Shown one piece after another: positions 1 to 13,919 of a stretch of DNA of 64,000 nt. Position 1 is the first letter of the stretch. Every line of letters starts with the position of its first letter. Both the position numbers and the translations under genes were made by a program. Source of the DNA: Antedon mediterranea (Eukaryota; Animalia; Echinodermata); the NCBI RefSeq assembly GCF_964355755.1, contig NC_092675.1, positions 22,478,912-22,542,911 on the forward strand. The letters run 5' to 3'. The notes beneath the pieces are model-generated. The model searched no databases. It worked only from the letters and a program-made list of their open reading frames with translations, and was not told where the DNA came from.

Positions 1-471
1 ATTTGTATATGACTCGATACCTTCAGTTATAGATTATCTTCAATCTACATAACGATTTACGTTTTAAGGTCCACTTGTTAAATAAATAAATATAATTATG
101 TACGAGTTAGTGTATCTTACACGTGGTTACTCAAGAGTGCGGTAATTAAGTTGACATAGTTAATCACACTCGGGTCGAGTTGACTAATCGTAGATTAGAG
201 CATTACATGTACATACTGCCACGAGGTTTGATTTATTTCACTAATTATTAATCCTATTTTTCAATTAGTATCCACATTCAGATTAGCTGGAGGATCATGA
301 TTTAATTTACTTGACAGTATAAGTCTATAATGATTATTTTTACAGCTTTCTAATACTGTCTTGGTAGACGGAAAACGTTTACGCCAATTGGTAACATCGA
401 CGTTGTAGGCACAATCAAACATCACCAGATAAAATTAGTCTGAATCGATTAAACCCTCAAATTGAGTAACG

Positions 472-573
472 TTTTTACTCTATAGTTCACTATGTCGGTC
501 GGTCTGTCGGTCTGTCTGTCGGTCCGGTATCACTATGCGTTTTAGCACGCGACTTATGGCTGTTGGCCTTGTT
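472..573. mobile_element. Short Helentron-associated (HINE/DINE-1-like) non-autonomous element, internally deleted
   Basis: T-run start, (GTCG/GTCT)n microsatellite, GCACGCGACTTATGGC motif and ...CTTGTT end, matching the usual HINE layout. Confidence 0.5.
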
Positions 574-1050
574 TCAATAACAAGGGTATTTTTGTTTTGT
601 TTTCTGAATTCCAACGCCATTCACATCGGTAAAAAATCACGTCATGGAACTTACCGAGTTATACTGCTCGTACAGTATGCAATATTCTAAAATATATAAT
701 TGAATCAATTTTGTTACTGCCATAACATTGATCTACAAAATAAAAATGTTATAATGCTGGGGAATAATTTCCATAAAAGAAAGATTTATGAGGGCGTTCT
801 TCAGAGTCAGTCAAGTAATAATTACAAAAACTATTTGTATTTACAATATAGGTCTAAAGTTATAGATTATACATAATAGCATGTAATTTATATCAGAGAA
901 TACTAGGTTAAATTGATTTTATACCAAATTATAACTCGGACTTCAGTCACAGAGTACTGGAATAATGTTCATATTAAATTACGGTACTTAATTAGAAACA
1001 GTTCTATTTACTAAAAAAAAGAGTTTGCGTCTTTGATGGTTAGTTAGCTT

Positions 1051-1203
1051 AAATTCTGTCTACACTATCAAACAAGTTTGATGTGATGTACCCAAATATG
1101 TAGTGATATTCCTAAATATGGTAGTGATATGACATCATCATGTTTATATATGGGCACATCACATATTTTTGTCACATAAAGTTTGATAGTGTAGACAATG
1201 CTT
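1051..1203. mobile_element. MITE family A, copy 1 (~150-170 bp)
   Basis: TIR TGTCTACACTATCAAAC ... GTTTGATAGTGTAGACA; same family at 14344, 15142, 18255 and 28301. Confidence 0.8.
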
Positions 1204-2104
1204 TACAGCTCGCAAAATTAGTTTTAAATAATTTTTTTTAATGTATATCATATCGTTGACAAGCTATTCAAATGTATTCCTTTTTAAAAATGTATTTTGA
1301 TTTTCGGATACAGATACTGCCAATTTATTTATTATTATTTTACTATTATTACCAGCCATAGGCCTATAATAATGAAGTGCAAACTACAAAAAATACTAAA
1401 AGGTAAATACAGTACACCAGCAGTAAGACTTCATCTACTGCAGATTTCCTTATTCGTTTCAGTTAGCAGAGAACGCATTAACTGTCTCTAAGGCGAAGGC
1501 TTCTTTTCACGAATCATTAATAATACAATTATTGAATTATCTATTCGCTAAGTCCATTCTAATGTAATTATACTGAAGAGGTTCTGTCTCATTCCCTTGA
1601 AAAATTCATCTGTTCGGCGGACGAGTTGATAACCAAATCGAATAAACCGCATAATATGCTTTTATTGAATTTACTCACGTGAATTTAATTTGCAAAATGA
1701 ATAAAAATATTTCCGTGATTGTATGTGTACAGGGCGTATATGTTTTGCTATATTTAGACGTCTGCTGCTTACGTACCTTTTAAGTAATTGTTGAATGTAT
1801 AGGCATACGCCTAAGCTAGACGCATGCGTTTAAAGTTATTAAGTACGAAACAGGTTTTGGTTTTTGGTCACTAACCTATAACATGTTGTACAGTTGCTAT
1901 CTAGCATCAATTGATACTTTACGTTTGTCTTAGACAGTGTATTCATAATGATTAAACTTATAAAACAAACACGGAGAACAAAATAAACGTATAGGCAAAG
2001 AACTGAACAAGAATATTACAATGTTGATATACAAACGTTGATTCACGAGATATACAACCCTGTCCTATTGGTATATAAGTACTCTAGGCGTTTATTTCAG
2101 TTCG

Positions 2105-2140
2105 GATGATGATGAGAATAGTTTCTCGAAACATGTCAAG
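2105..2140 (+). ncRNA. Degenerate minimal hammerhead ribozyme motif
   Basis: aTGATGA-T-GAGAA-tagt-TTCTC-GAAA-CATG-TC: stem II and palindromic stem III are intact, but core C3 is lost and stem I does not pair. Confidence 0.4.
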
Positions 2141-3691
2141 ACATTTTAAGGCAGTTTGCCTGTTTATCAAATGCCTCACAATCGTTATTTTAACTCGAAA
2201 GATAGGCATATTAAATGAGGGGGCCTAACTGAGAGCTATTGGGTTTGGCATAATATCTACAATCTACCCTGTCAATGCTTGTGCTTACCATTATGAGCCA
2301 ATAAAGAAGAGTGAGAGAGTGGCCACAATTACACTTTCCCAAAAACCCACTTACTCTATTATATACCGGTACGGTACTATTGCAGATTTTAGATATCACC
2401 TATCACCAGTCCCAGTTACACTCCTTCACTTCCTTTCATTGAATCTAGCCGCGAGTGTGAATTAGGTTGTAAGTAATGGTATGTTTTATTGTTATGTATG
2501 CAAATTTATCCGGTAACCATGCATTCAGCCAAACAGCTGACTTGAAAAAAAAATGACATAACGCTCTGAAAAAGTGGCAATGTATCAAGACAATAAATAG
2601 TTAACAATGGTAGAAGGAAGGTTGTAGTCAGCAGACAAGAAACCGCAGGTGCTGTTCATTGTCGTCAGACTTGACACTGTGCATGAAATTCACATGTACA
2701 GTTAAGTTGAAGCGGAATGAACTCAAACATTGCTATGCATTTATTCTTAAAGTTAGTGCAATATAGGCCTAGATTTAGTACTCTATATCCAAGCAGGAAA
2801 CAAAGTTATATGATTGGTTAATTCTCTTAAAAGTTCTTTGTTCTAAATGGACTTTTATTTTGTTTAAAAACTGCAAAACATAGATTCAATTGGGGAATCA
2901 GTAAGCTCATTCATATATTATTGCGGTGAACATCATCAATTTCCCAACTTTATTTACGAATTAATTCCTAATAATCAAATACAATTTCTCATCCATTGTG
3001 GCCGATATGTTTCATTGAATAACTTTCCCACGGGTGCCATAAATAATTACTTTTCGATTGATATTGAAAATGAATCCAGGAAAGATAATGAAATTACATA
3101 ATTTTTATCCTTGGATTTCATTTATTCATTTTTCAACACTCATCGAGCGGCGCACTTATTTCTCCGATTGGTTGCAGTTATTAAGAAAAGAATTATGTGA
3201 ATTAAGCTTTAATTTGGTGGAAGATTATACTAGTTTTCTAGATTTTACGTCCGTCGGTGTATACAACCATATCATATTGTGTGTGAATTATAACAATAAT
3301 TTTACTAAACTATAAGAATATATATGACTACATCATGAATTCATTACAATTGATTATTGATTCGTTGCAAAAGATATACGCAATAGAACATTAGGTAATC
3401 ATAGTTAATATTTTCATTCCAATCACATCCAGAGCTCAGACTAGTGGATGGACATCTAGGCCTTACCGTAGGCCTATAGAGGATGACTGGTGTTGCTTTT
3501 GGCAATGAGAAACCTTGCACTCATGTTTGCTTGATACATAAGAACAATAATTGGTAGATAATCATTTTAACCAACAAACTATTTAATTAGTACCATTATA
3601 AATTTAGTAGCACCAATGAATCCTTACACAAATAATTTTTGGTATTGATAGATTCTCTAAAAAGAATATTCTGTTGAATGAGAATATACCA

Positions 3692-4532
3692 TTCATCGTG
3701 ATATTTCTGATCACGCATAAGGTGAATTTCGTCTGGTATCAAAGTGTCTAGGTTCAACAATGCATCTGGTCTCATACTTCCACAGTTCATCGTGATATTT
3801 CTGATCACGCATAAGGTGAATTTCGTCTGGTATCAAAGTGTCTAGGTTCAACAATGCATCTGGTCTCATACTTCCACAGTTCATCGTGATATTTCTGATC
3901 ACGCATAAGGTGAATTTCGTCTGGTATCAAAGTGTCTAGGTTCAACAATGCATCTGGTCTTATACTTCGACAGTTCATCGTGATATTTCTGATCACGCAT
4001 AAGGTGAATTTCGTCTGGTATCAAAGTGTCTAGGTTCAACAATGCATCTGGTCTCATACTTCCACAGTTCATCGTGATATTTCTGATCACGCATAAGGTG
4101 AATTTCGTCTGGTATCAAAGTGTCTAGGTTCAACAATGCATCTGGTCTTATACTTTGACAGTTCATCGTGATATTTCTGATCACGCATAAGGTGAATTTC
4201 GTCTGGTATCAAAGTGTCTAGGTTCAACAATGCATCTGGTCTCATACTTCCACAGTTCATCGTGATATTTCTGATCACGCATAAGGTGAATTTCGTCTGG
4301 TATCAAAGTGTCTAGGTTCAACAATGCATCTGGTCTCATACTTCCACAGTTCATCATGATATTTCTGATCACGCATAAGGTGAATTTCGTCTGGTATCAA
4401 AGTGTCTAGGTTCAACAATGCATCTGGTCTCATACTTCCACAGTTCATAGTGATATTTCTGATCACGCATTAGGTGAATTTCCTCTGGTGTTAAAGTTTC
4501 TAAGTTTGAACAATGCCTCTGGTCTCATACTT
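3692..4532. repeat. 94-bp tandem repeat, ~9 copies
   Basis: Unit TTCATCGTGATATTTCTGATCACGCATAAGG...CTCATACTTCCACAG recurs every 94 bp; copies are nearly identical and the last is diverged; it explains the repeated 63-aa ORFs. Confidence 0.97.
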
Positions 4533-7500
4533 GCATTGATCTCTATTCCTCCTTAATGATGGATGCTGCAAAAGTAAATTAAAATGGTATAATCCTACTC
4601 GTAGTTTTACAGAAATGCGTTTCTACGGAGCATGGCCTACCGGTACTGCTTCTGCCTAAAACTAAAATCAAGATTCTGAGTAATTTAAAGCCTTAAGTCT
4701 AGACTCGAGTTTGCCTCTGTTTGGAATAAGTTTGTGCTGACTGGAATCTTTTCATCTGAGGATCACGCGGCTTACTGACTTATATTTTAGGTGGTATAAC
4801 ATATTTTGATATATAAATTGACGGAAATGCTGTGTAGTACTTTCATCATTTTAACTAAATGATCAAAAAATCATTATTTAATCAAGTATATAGGTTTTGT
4901 GTTGTGGGCCACTTACCTTGCACTCAAATAGTATAATATTTAGAGTTAAATACATATCAGTTTACTAACATAACCACAATATGTTCAGATTAATCGTAAA
5001 AAGAAATGTTGATGTATTTTTCCTCAAGCTACGTATTTCAAACTATTCTATATCATATTGCGACCGAAGCGGGATATGTATAGCGGTAAAATACTCACTT
5101 GAAATTTGATACAAAATAGGCAGAAATAACAACAAAACAAGAAAACTATCTGGTCTACGTTTATGAGATAATACAACCTATATAAAATAGTGTTCTGTTC
5201 TAATTATTTCACGTTTAATCATCTACTTACAAGGCGGATGTTAAGTAACTAGGGCTGTTTTAACGTCAAATAGGAGAGCAGTGTTTAGATAAATGCTAAT
5301 CTGTATATAATTTGAAATCGGCACAGTTTATGTCATCCATGCTTTCGATGGGATTGAATGCTTCTAAGTGTAGCCTTTAATAAACCTAAAGATCATGTGT
5401 GTATAGTATTTCATTGTTCCATGTACATGTCGTAAACTGACAAATAAGCTTCTATTCCTTATTTGCTATACATTTACTGCAACAATTTTATGAGATCAAC
5501 TATATTCATTTAAAAAAAAATTATAATTTAAACATAATATGAAATAAATAATATTTAAACAGATATAATGCCCGATCAGTGAGATGGAGTTCAAACGATA
5601 TCATCCACAACAATCAGCAATAACCATGATGGTACTCTAAATAATGACCGAGTGTTTAATATAAATATCAAAGTGATATACATAAACACCTAATGTTCAT
5701 AATGTTTAAAAGGCGTTTAATCGAAAAATATGCTTTAAAAAAGAAAACGTATTCAATAAAGTTACAATTACTTTATATAACATTTCCAGGCTCTTTTTTG
5801 AAAATTTATCTTTAAATGATGGAATCTCATTCCTGTTCGATTTTCCTTCCGTTTTTGAATCAGTGCACTAGTTTGGGATGATTAAAATGAAATAGGCCTA
5901 AAATTAACTCATCATATTTAAACTGTATAATAATTATATTTTTTTTCCAATATTGTGTAGATGCAAATCTTTCTTGTGGATGAAGTGTGTGTTTAGTAAC
6001 AACTAAAATAATGCAATTCGGTTTAAAAAAATCCATGTCTTATAAAACCACATCAGAATGCTAATGTTTAACTGGAGGGTCTTGGATGAAGATTAGGCTC
6101 AACAATACACAATGTTGTGTCACTCGTTTCTTAGGCCTAATGCAAAATTTAAGTTCGGATTATCTGATACCTCTAAAAAAAAGACGAAGACGACGAATGT
6201 TAAATCCTGAGCTTTTTCTGACGCCCTTTGTCCGATTATCTCCAAAATATTCGGTAATACAGCATCTTATATGTATCACACTGTATTATGCAAGGTTAAT
6301 GATAATAGGCGATACATGTGAAACATGTGCTGCTGTACATAAACGGAATCGAAACCTGTTTACAGTAGGCCATGTGCAGGGGACATCGACAAATCGGGTG
6401 ATGTGCCTAGGTTTCATTAACGAACCATAAAATCCCAAAATGATACACAACACAATATACGAAAACACAAAGGAATAACATAACAAACAATAAGCACATA
6501 AAGCACTTACATTTTTTGAGTCATCATGGCCTTGTGTCACGTGCAAAGTTATTTCAAACGAATTACATTAATATAACTGTAATCATAATCAGTCATAGAA
6601 GAAATTTAAAGTCCAATAATCTCCCATGAGCTTTCAAATGAAAATGAATAAAACTGTTTAAAATATATTTTAGGCGACTTGAAAAATGATTTATGAAAAT
6701 TGCATAAGAGTATTACTCCGTCTTCTTTTGATTCATAATTCGATTGGGAATGGTGTATAACCAAATTAATTTATTGAATAAGTATCTCAGCAATTTCTTT
6801 GTATTTTTCCGAATATTGCAAAAATGCAATCAAACTCAGACATTAGTCGAGATGATTTATGGATAAAACATAGCAATTTGAACGATTAATGTGTGGATAT
6901 CCTTTTATGTATTATTGACTAACAATAAATAGAGCAAATCACAGAAATTGATTTTTTTTTCTTTCAAAAAATCCCATTAAATTAAGATTTAAAAGTTGTT
7001 TGATTTCAATTTTGTATTATGACTTCCTCAAGCCGATTTCAACTGTAAATAAAATACAATGTATGCATAATATAGATAGGTCATACGCTTAACCTAACTT
7101 TAATATAATACAGACATCACATGTGATACATATGTGACACTGTGTATCACATTATGCCATTGGATATCCAGTACAACGAATCTGGTGTTGAATACTGTAA
7201 ACTGTCAATAAAAATGATATAAAAAGCACGAAAAAAAATTTGATATCACTAAATAAAAGTGATATTAAAATTGTTGGTGAAAATTTAAAAGTGGAATGTC
7301 AATATAGGCCGGTCTATTGCGCACATAAGGTCAGCAGACTGACACGGTGAAAGTCTGCTCCAACACCCTATAGACCACTACCACCTTATATGTAAATTCC
7401 ATAAAAATTAAGACAATTCTCATGTTCCATTTATTATTGAAGGTGTCTATACTCATCAATTTGCCGATTATAGTTAACTGGCCAATCAGAGAAATACAAA

Positions 7501-7795
7501 AATATCAGATCATGCCATTTTGGCACTAATAAAAACAATCAGCCGTAAATGTATGTTACCTAATAACTGCTCCACGTTACAATACATTCTTATTTTCTGT
7601 GTATTAAAGTAATTCGTAGGAGACATAAAAGTGAAATATTAAAATTAATGTAGCAAAATAGATTAACCTATTTTATAACAATGCTCAATATAATGCCGCA
7701 TAGATGCATTCTCATAATATCAAATCGCAGAATGGGTGGTACAACTGTATTGTATGAGGGCAATACTTCTTTTGCTGCAAATTACGCCCTAAAGA

Positions 7796-7928
7796 TTGGT
7801 TCCCGGAACGCAACGTGAGTACGTAAGCGCAACGCAATACGATCCGCAGTAATAATCCATCGCTTGTGATTGATTGATCAATTTACTTGCGTTGCGCTTA
7901 TGTCATAGCGTTGCGTATAGGGAACCAA
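7796..7928. mobile_element. MITE family B copy
   Basis: TIR TTGGTTCCC...ACGCAACG / CGTTGCGT...GGGAACCAA; relatives at 27742, 50811, 57347 and 57727. Confidence 0.75.
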
Positions 7929-10900
7929 TTATTAATTTAGGTCGATATGATTTAATTTCTCTTAGCGAACACTTTTCTTCTGTCCCAATCTAACCCTCCA
8001 AGAAAAAATAATATCGAGCAGACATGCAAAAGAGATTCTTACAAAGGGCAATTGTTGAAAAATAATAGACAATTTCATTTATATATATTAAACATTATCA
8101 AGCTGTTCGTCATCGGAACAAATTGAAAAACAATACAGAAATACCTGTTCACAGGCTCTACATTTAACAACTTAAGTTTCCTAACTTTGATGGCGAATAT
8201 AACAATTTTAGCAAACTGTATATTACTGCAGTACTGTTATCATTATAAATATTATAATTATTGTTGTGATTGAATTACTGTATCTACTGTTTTATCATTT
8301 CGAAAAACAACGAAAAGTTTAATATTTTTAATATAGTAAATAAATGAAATCAAAACGTTATGTTATTAATGCCATTTTCAGGAAAATACTGAATGCAGAA
8401 CCATCATGTTATATAAAAATGTTTATTGATAATTCAATCCAAACATCAGCAAATTAAGTGCCATTAGAAAATACCATGCGAAATATACAAATTAAGCGAA
8501 ACATAGAAATATAGGTCTACCAATAATAATACCAAATAATTTAGATTCAATTATGTTATTAAATATAATTACAGTTGCGCCGACTTTGCCAGAACACAAC
8601 TGAAATTTAAGATGTACAATATTGCAGAAAAATTATGAAAAACGAGAGTGGATTATCGACTGCGTCTTTGTTAATTTTCCAAACCGATATACGACACAAT
8701 TAGACACAAATGAAATTAACTATAAAGCCTTTTAGGCAGTAAAAATATTATCTTTCCTTAGCGTCTCAATCGCTATTTCCACTAACAAGTGCTTTCGAAA
8801 TATACTCAACAATTAAGTAACTTATGTTTGAAAAGCAATAAATTGAGCAGACTTCATACTTAAATCGAAGCAATAAATCTGGTATTTTATTACACATTTA
8901 GTAAATGAAGCCCGGTGGCTCACCTCTTAGTAAGTTTTGTATAATAATACTGTAGTTTACGATGAACATTTATTTGTTTAGCGATGATAGAACTCGGTAA
9001 ATTGAGACACACGTAAAGCATGAAAGATATAGTAAAGATAGGCCACTTTTTTCTCTCTCTAATTATTTAAATTCAGTGTTATTTTCAATTTAACTGAATG
9101 TAGGTGGTGTCATTAAAATTATCTTAAATCTAAAAGTTCTGGGCTACAATATTCGTTATTGAAATTAGTTGTCACGTGCGTACTAAAAGATGATAACAAT
9201 AGTAAGAAATTTTTTTCATTTTTCGCGGTATAAAGTGAAACTAGTGTAAAAACACTTGTTTTTCAGGGTTTTTTGTTTTTCTTACGACAGGTTGTCAGTT
9301 TAATGCAATAGTGCGGTTGGTGCTAAAGGGACACAACAGTTGACATACAAACATACAAACGTACAAAAGTAGTACACTGTCTTTTATTAGCAGTCAGTCC
9401 TACCATCATTTCACTCGTCTTTTTTTTTCACTCGTCTTGCTGTTCCTAAAACTAGTAGACTATTAATTGGTGATAAATCATGTTCTGTCATTAGACCTAA
9501 GTTATGAATTAATTTACCTATTACTGTGCGTATAGCTCCAAGTGTACAATATTTTAAAAAATTATTAAAAAGTTTTCTTTTTCCTAAGGAATAATATATG
9601 TTTTGTTTGTCTTTGTATACTGCTCTGATTAATGTACAGCGCTTTGGTCTTTTTTCGGAAAAGCGCTTTATAAATCTATATAGTATATTAGTATAGTATA
9701 GTACGGTATGTTATGACCAAAGGAACATTAACAGTAAGAACATACATACTACATGGTTAAATTCTTCCTGGACATTCATTCATTGATGGTAGGATAGTAA
9801 GAATACAACACTGTACTCATGTTTTTAAGAGGCCAGCAAAAAGTAGTAAAATAAATTATTAGTGTCACCTGATCTTCTTTACCGAATTCCTCAATTTTAA
9901 AAGATGACTAAGATGTGAGACCTACCCGTACTCTCACTCATCGACATAATACCATACCGAATTCATAAGAATAGTCACTGTGTATACGGCATTATTACAT
10001 AAATATATACATAACGCATTGTTTATATTTGCCAATTATAGTTAATTCCTTAGGCCTAATCACCATATTTATTGAGTATGACCTATCCACTGTCTGAGTA
10101 GAAACTAATAATTTAGAGCTCTCGGTAAAGATATACCGTTGTGACAAAGACATAGGCCTACAATTAGTTTTAGTAAGTTTTGTAAGTTTCATACTCATAA
10201 TGTCGTAATTAGGCCACAGAAAGAGTTTGAACACTTTCTGATATGGCAGGAAGTGGACTTTCTCACTTTGTAGGTAGATCATAAGTTGACTTTTAAAAAG
10301 TGAATGTGAGGGTGACTTACGGATTAAGGGGAAATTTGTTCCAGAATTGGTGCTCGAGGACAGAAAACGAACTGTAGTGGTAACGGTACCTGGTTTTTAT
10401 TAATGGAACCGCAAGTCAGTGAGTTTCCATGGCAGACCCGAGTCCACAAAATGGAAATAGAGCAGGTTAAAGTTACGCAATTTCAACCAAAAGTTAACAA
10501 ATTTGATGTTTTGCGGAAAATGGGCGGTGATTGGGAGAAAACAAAAACTTTCAGACGTCATATCTTTATTCTTTTTTTGTATTGGATTCCTTTTTTACCA
10601 CCTTTTTTCAGTTCGTTCGACTCGAATGCAGTTTTATTAGATAGTTTTTTTAAATATTAAACTCGCATTTTTCAAGATCTATAAAAATGAAGATTTGTAC
10701 TATTAGAAACCAAAAAAACATTATTACTGTGATGTTTTGAGATAAGAATTAAGTGTTATAAAATGATAAATAGATTATGAGTCAATTTAGTTATTTTTAT
10801 AGCTATAAACAGGTATTGTTTTTAGCGTTCCATCACGACTAAAAAGAATGAGTTGAGCATACGGGTCTTGTCATGTTACCGATAGTATCATTAATTTAAA

Positions 10901-11721
10901 CACACGATCAGAGAAAAAAAAATACAAGGCGGAATTTGTTTCTACTTTCAATCGTTGCCAGCGGCCAGATATAATTCCCGCGTTATTAGATCGATGCAAT
11001 TAATGTAATTGGGAAGCGATGCAAACAGATAATGATAGGCGACTTATTGAATAACGCATAATAGGACTATTAGTGATATTATTACTGAATTAGCTCTGAT
11101 ACTTAATTCAAGCTAACGCAACAATGTTGCGGCAAGATTCTTCTTCAGAAAGTGTGAACCGCCCTGTATGATCTATATACGCATGCGTACACGATCATGA
11201 AAGGAGAACGCATTCATAACAGTTTATGTTGGAAAATATCATTGACGCGAAAACAACAAAACATTGACAGTGACACTATACTAGCTCACACGAAGATTAG
11301 CGCGCACATTCAAGAACCGGTCATTTTATCCGCGATAGAACGCGCGCGTGTCAAATTTTGTATCTCTGTGGTATCCCCAATGCCAATTTTACTCATTTAT
11401 ATGGCTACTATACTTTGTACTCTGTCACCTATAAACCTAGTAGATAAATTAAACGTAATAACACTTAAACATAATAAAACATTAGGCGTGTAAATGAAGT
11501 GTTTTAAAAGACTAAAGTGAAACGGAAAACAAGACATCGATGCAGTTTTCAGTAAAATTAACTAAATGACTGGGCCTACATTTGATAATTGTTCTAATGA
11601 TTCTAATGTAATTATAGTGAGAATATAATGGAGGTAATAACAAGGTACAGTACATTTTAAATTACCCATAACCGGTAAACCTGCATTGATATTCTGTACA
11701 GCTAATATATATATATATAAT

Positions 11722-11766
11722 CTGCAGACAGTACTGTTTCGATCTTATTAGATCTCGTCAGTGCAG
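11722..11766 (-). ncRNA. Minimal type I hammerhead ribozyme
   Basis: Reverse complement reads CTGCA-CTGACGA-GATCT-AATA-AGATC-GAAA-CAGTACTG-TC-TGCAG: complete CUGANGA/GAAA/GUC core with stems I and II paired; identical to 41831-41875; flanked by (TA)n. Confidence 0.85.
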
Positions 11767-13919
11767 ATATATCTATATATATATATATATTACTGTTAGT
11801 TTTAAAGAAAATTAATTCAGCGGTGCGAATGAGTTAAATTGCCATTGTGTGCTTGTTGAAATTCGTTCAATTGAATTCAATTCAATTCAATTTCTTTATT
11901 GCTGCAAATGCCATCAAGGGCTAATATTCGCTTAAACATACTACATCATACAAACATATACATATACACATTAAGAAATTGTTGTTATCATTAGTGAAAT
12001 AAGAACAGTGTGCCTGTATAAAATATGATAAAAATGGTACGCATTTGTACGTGACGCATGCGTATGACCAAGCACGGTAGTACTACCAGCGGAAATCTGA
12101 AATTACGTAATCTTTCTCTCTGGAATACAAACTAAAATGTTTAGGCTGAATTCTGTTATGCTATATGCAAAATATTTTAAATCATATGATGATGACAGCG
12201 CATGGTCCAATGTTGTTTTTTTATATGATTTTTTTTTTACTTTGTCTAGGCATAACCATAACTTAGCTATTTACCCTTTAAAATTGATTGAAATATAATG
12301 TAGGCCTACATAGATTCAATTTATGATGACGTTTTTTCCGACAGCTCCCCATCAATTTCCTCCAAATTATTGAGAAACACCGATTATTATAAACGCACCA
12401 TTGGTAATGTGGTTAGGGGTATGGATAATGAATTGAAACTACGCAGTATTTTGATAATTGCAAGTCAGTTCTCATCTGTAATAATCAGCAATGTGTTTCA
12501 ATTAGAGCCGAATTTTCTCACCTTCAGTCAGCGTGCTTATCCACCCGTGTTTACTTGCATTACGCACGCCTCGTTTCACGACCAGCCAAATTGAAAACGA
12601 ATTCTCAGAAGGGACTACAGCGCAGGTCATCATTATTTCGAAAGCTATGCTGCTTAAGCGAATACCATCTTACGCCCTACAAATTATATTCTCATTCGTT
12701 AATAGTCAACATTTGTTTTCGCACGGTTAAGCCAAATCGTCATATATTTTTGCATAATACAAATGCGATTATTGGAAAGTATAGAATATGAAATAATAGC
12801 CGAGATTAAATAGGAGAGATTTTTTAGCAACATTTAGATGAAATAAAGACGTATGAATAAAATATTGAACCATAAAATATTGTAATTATTAGTAGAAGTT
12901 CAATAGTTGGACTATTTTCAAGAAGATGAAACCTCTGTAATTTGATTAGAACCATTTTAATGAGCCATTAGTTATGCATTATTTAATAAGCTAATCCGAT
13001 TATCGAATATTATGCGACACAATCTGGTGAAGTGTTTTTGTGATGTAGTTCTTCTTCTACGTTCACGCGACTCACAGATCAAGATATCCATTCTACTGCT
13101 TCTTCAAATCATATATGGTGCGTTATAGATTTTTTTGTGTTATATCAATATTGCTCTGTGTGTTTTAATTAGTTAATTTCGTTGGTGGTGGACATGGGCC
13201 AGATTCAACTGGCCATACTAGTGGCGTTCACATCGAACTATGGCTAGTTAATAGTTAAGTTAATGTAACTAGATAGTGACAGTTGCTGAAATGAACCACT
13301 GTTGGAGAACCTTACTCCGACTGAACGATGTTGCGATTGAGGTGAAGACGCATTTTCATCCATCCGAGCAGTTAGAATCAAAGCCGGGACTAAATAAAAA
13401 TATCCGCTTTGGGCTCAAGCAAGGTGACATTTTATCAGGGATATTCACTCTTCCCTGTCTTATATAAAAGGATAGGCTGTTCAGAAGCAAGAACAATTTG
13501 CTGTATAGTGTCACCGACAAGAGCCTGTGTCAAGAGTAAGAATAATTACAGAGAACCGTCCAGCGGAATTCTTCCTGATAAACTAATCGAAGAAAGGATG
13601 AACACTTTTTAGTTATTATTATTATTTTCAATCATCTTTAAAAATGCACATTAAATTTGATAATGATGTAATAATTAAAATATACTTCTATAGAGAGCCT
13701 TCATTGTTGTTGAAAAATGTACTATTTAGTAAAGTACAGTTATACTGTATTGTAACTTAAGCCAGACGGCAGTCTATATAATAATACATTATATATCTAA
13801 AGGTACTGATAATGTTGCTAATGTTTGCTAAACATACTAACGTTTTTATGACTACTTTGTTGCTGACTTTACATTAATTAACTCATAAATGTATCTTTTA
13901 TTTTGTTTAAGATAGCGAT

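Noticed and set aside
3692-4532. CRISPR-like array or tandem small ORFs
   Set aside because: Units are contiguous with no unique spacers and no cas genes, in a eukaryotic context. The ORFs are a by-product of the repeat, and I found no hammerhead core in the unit
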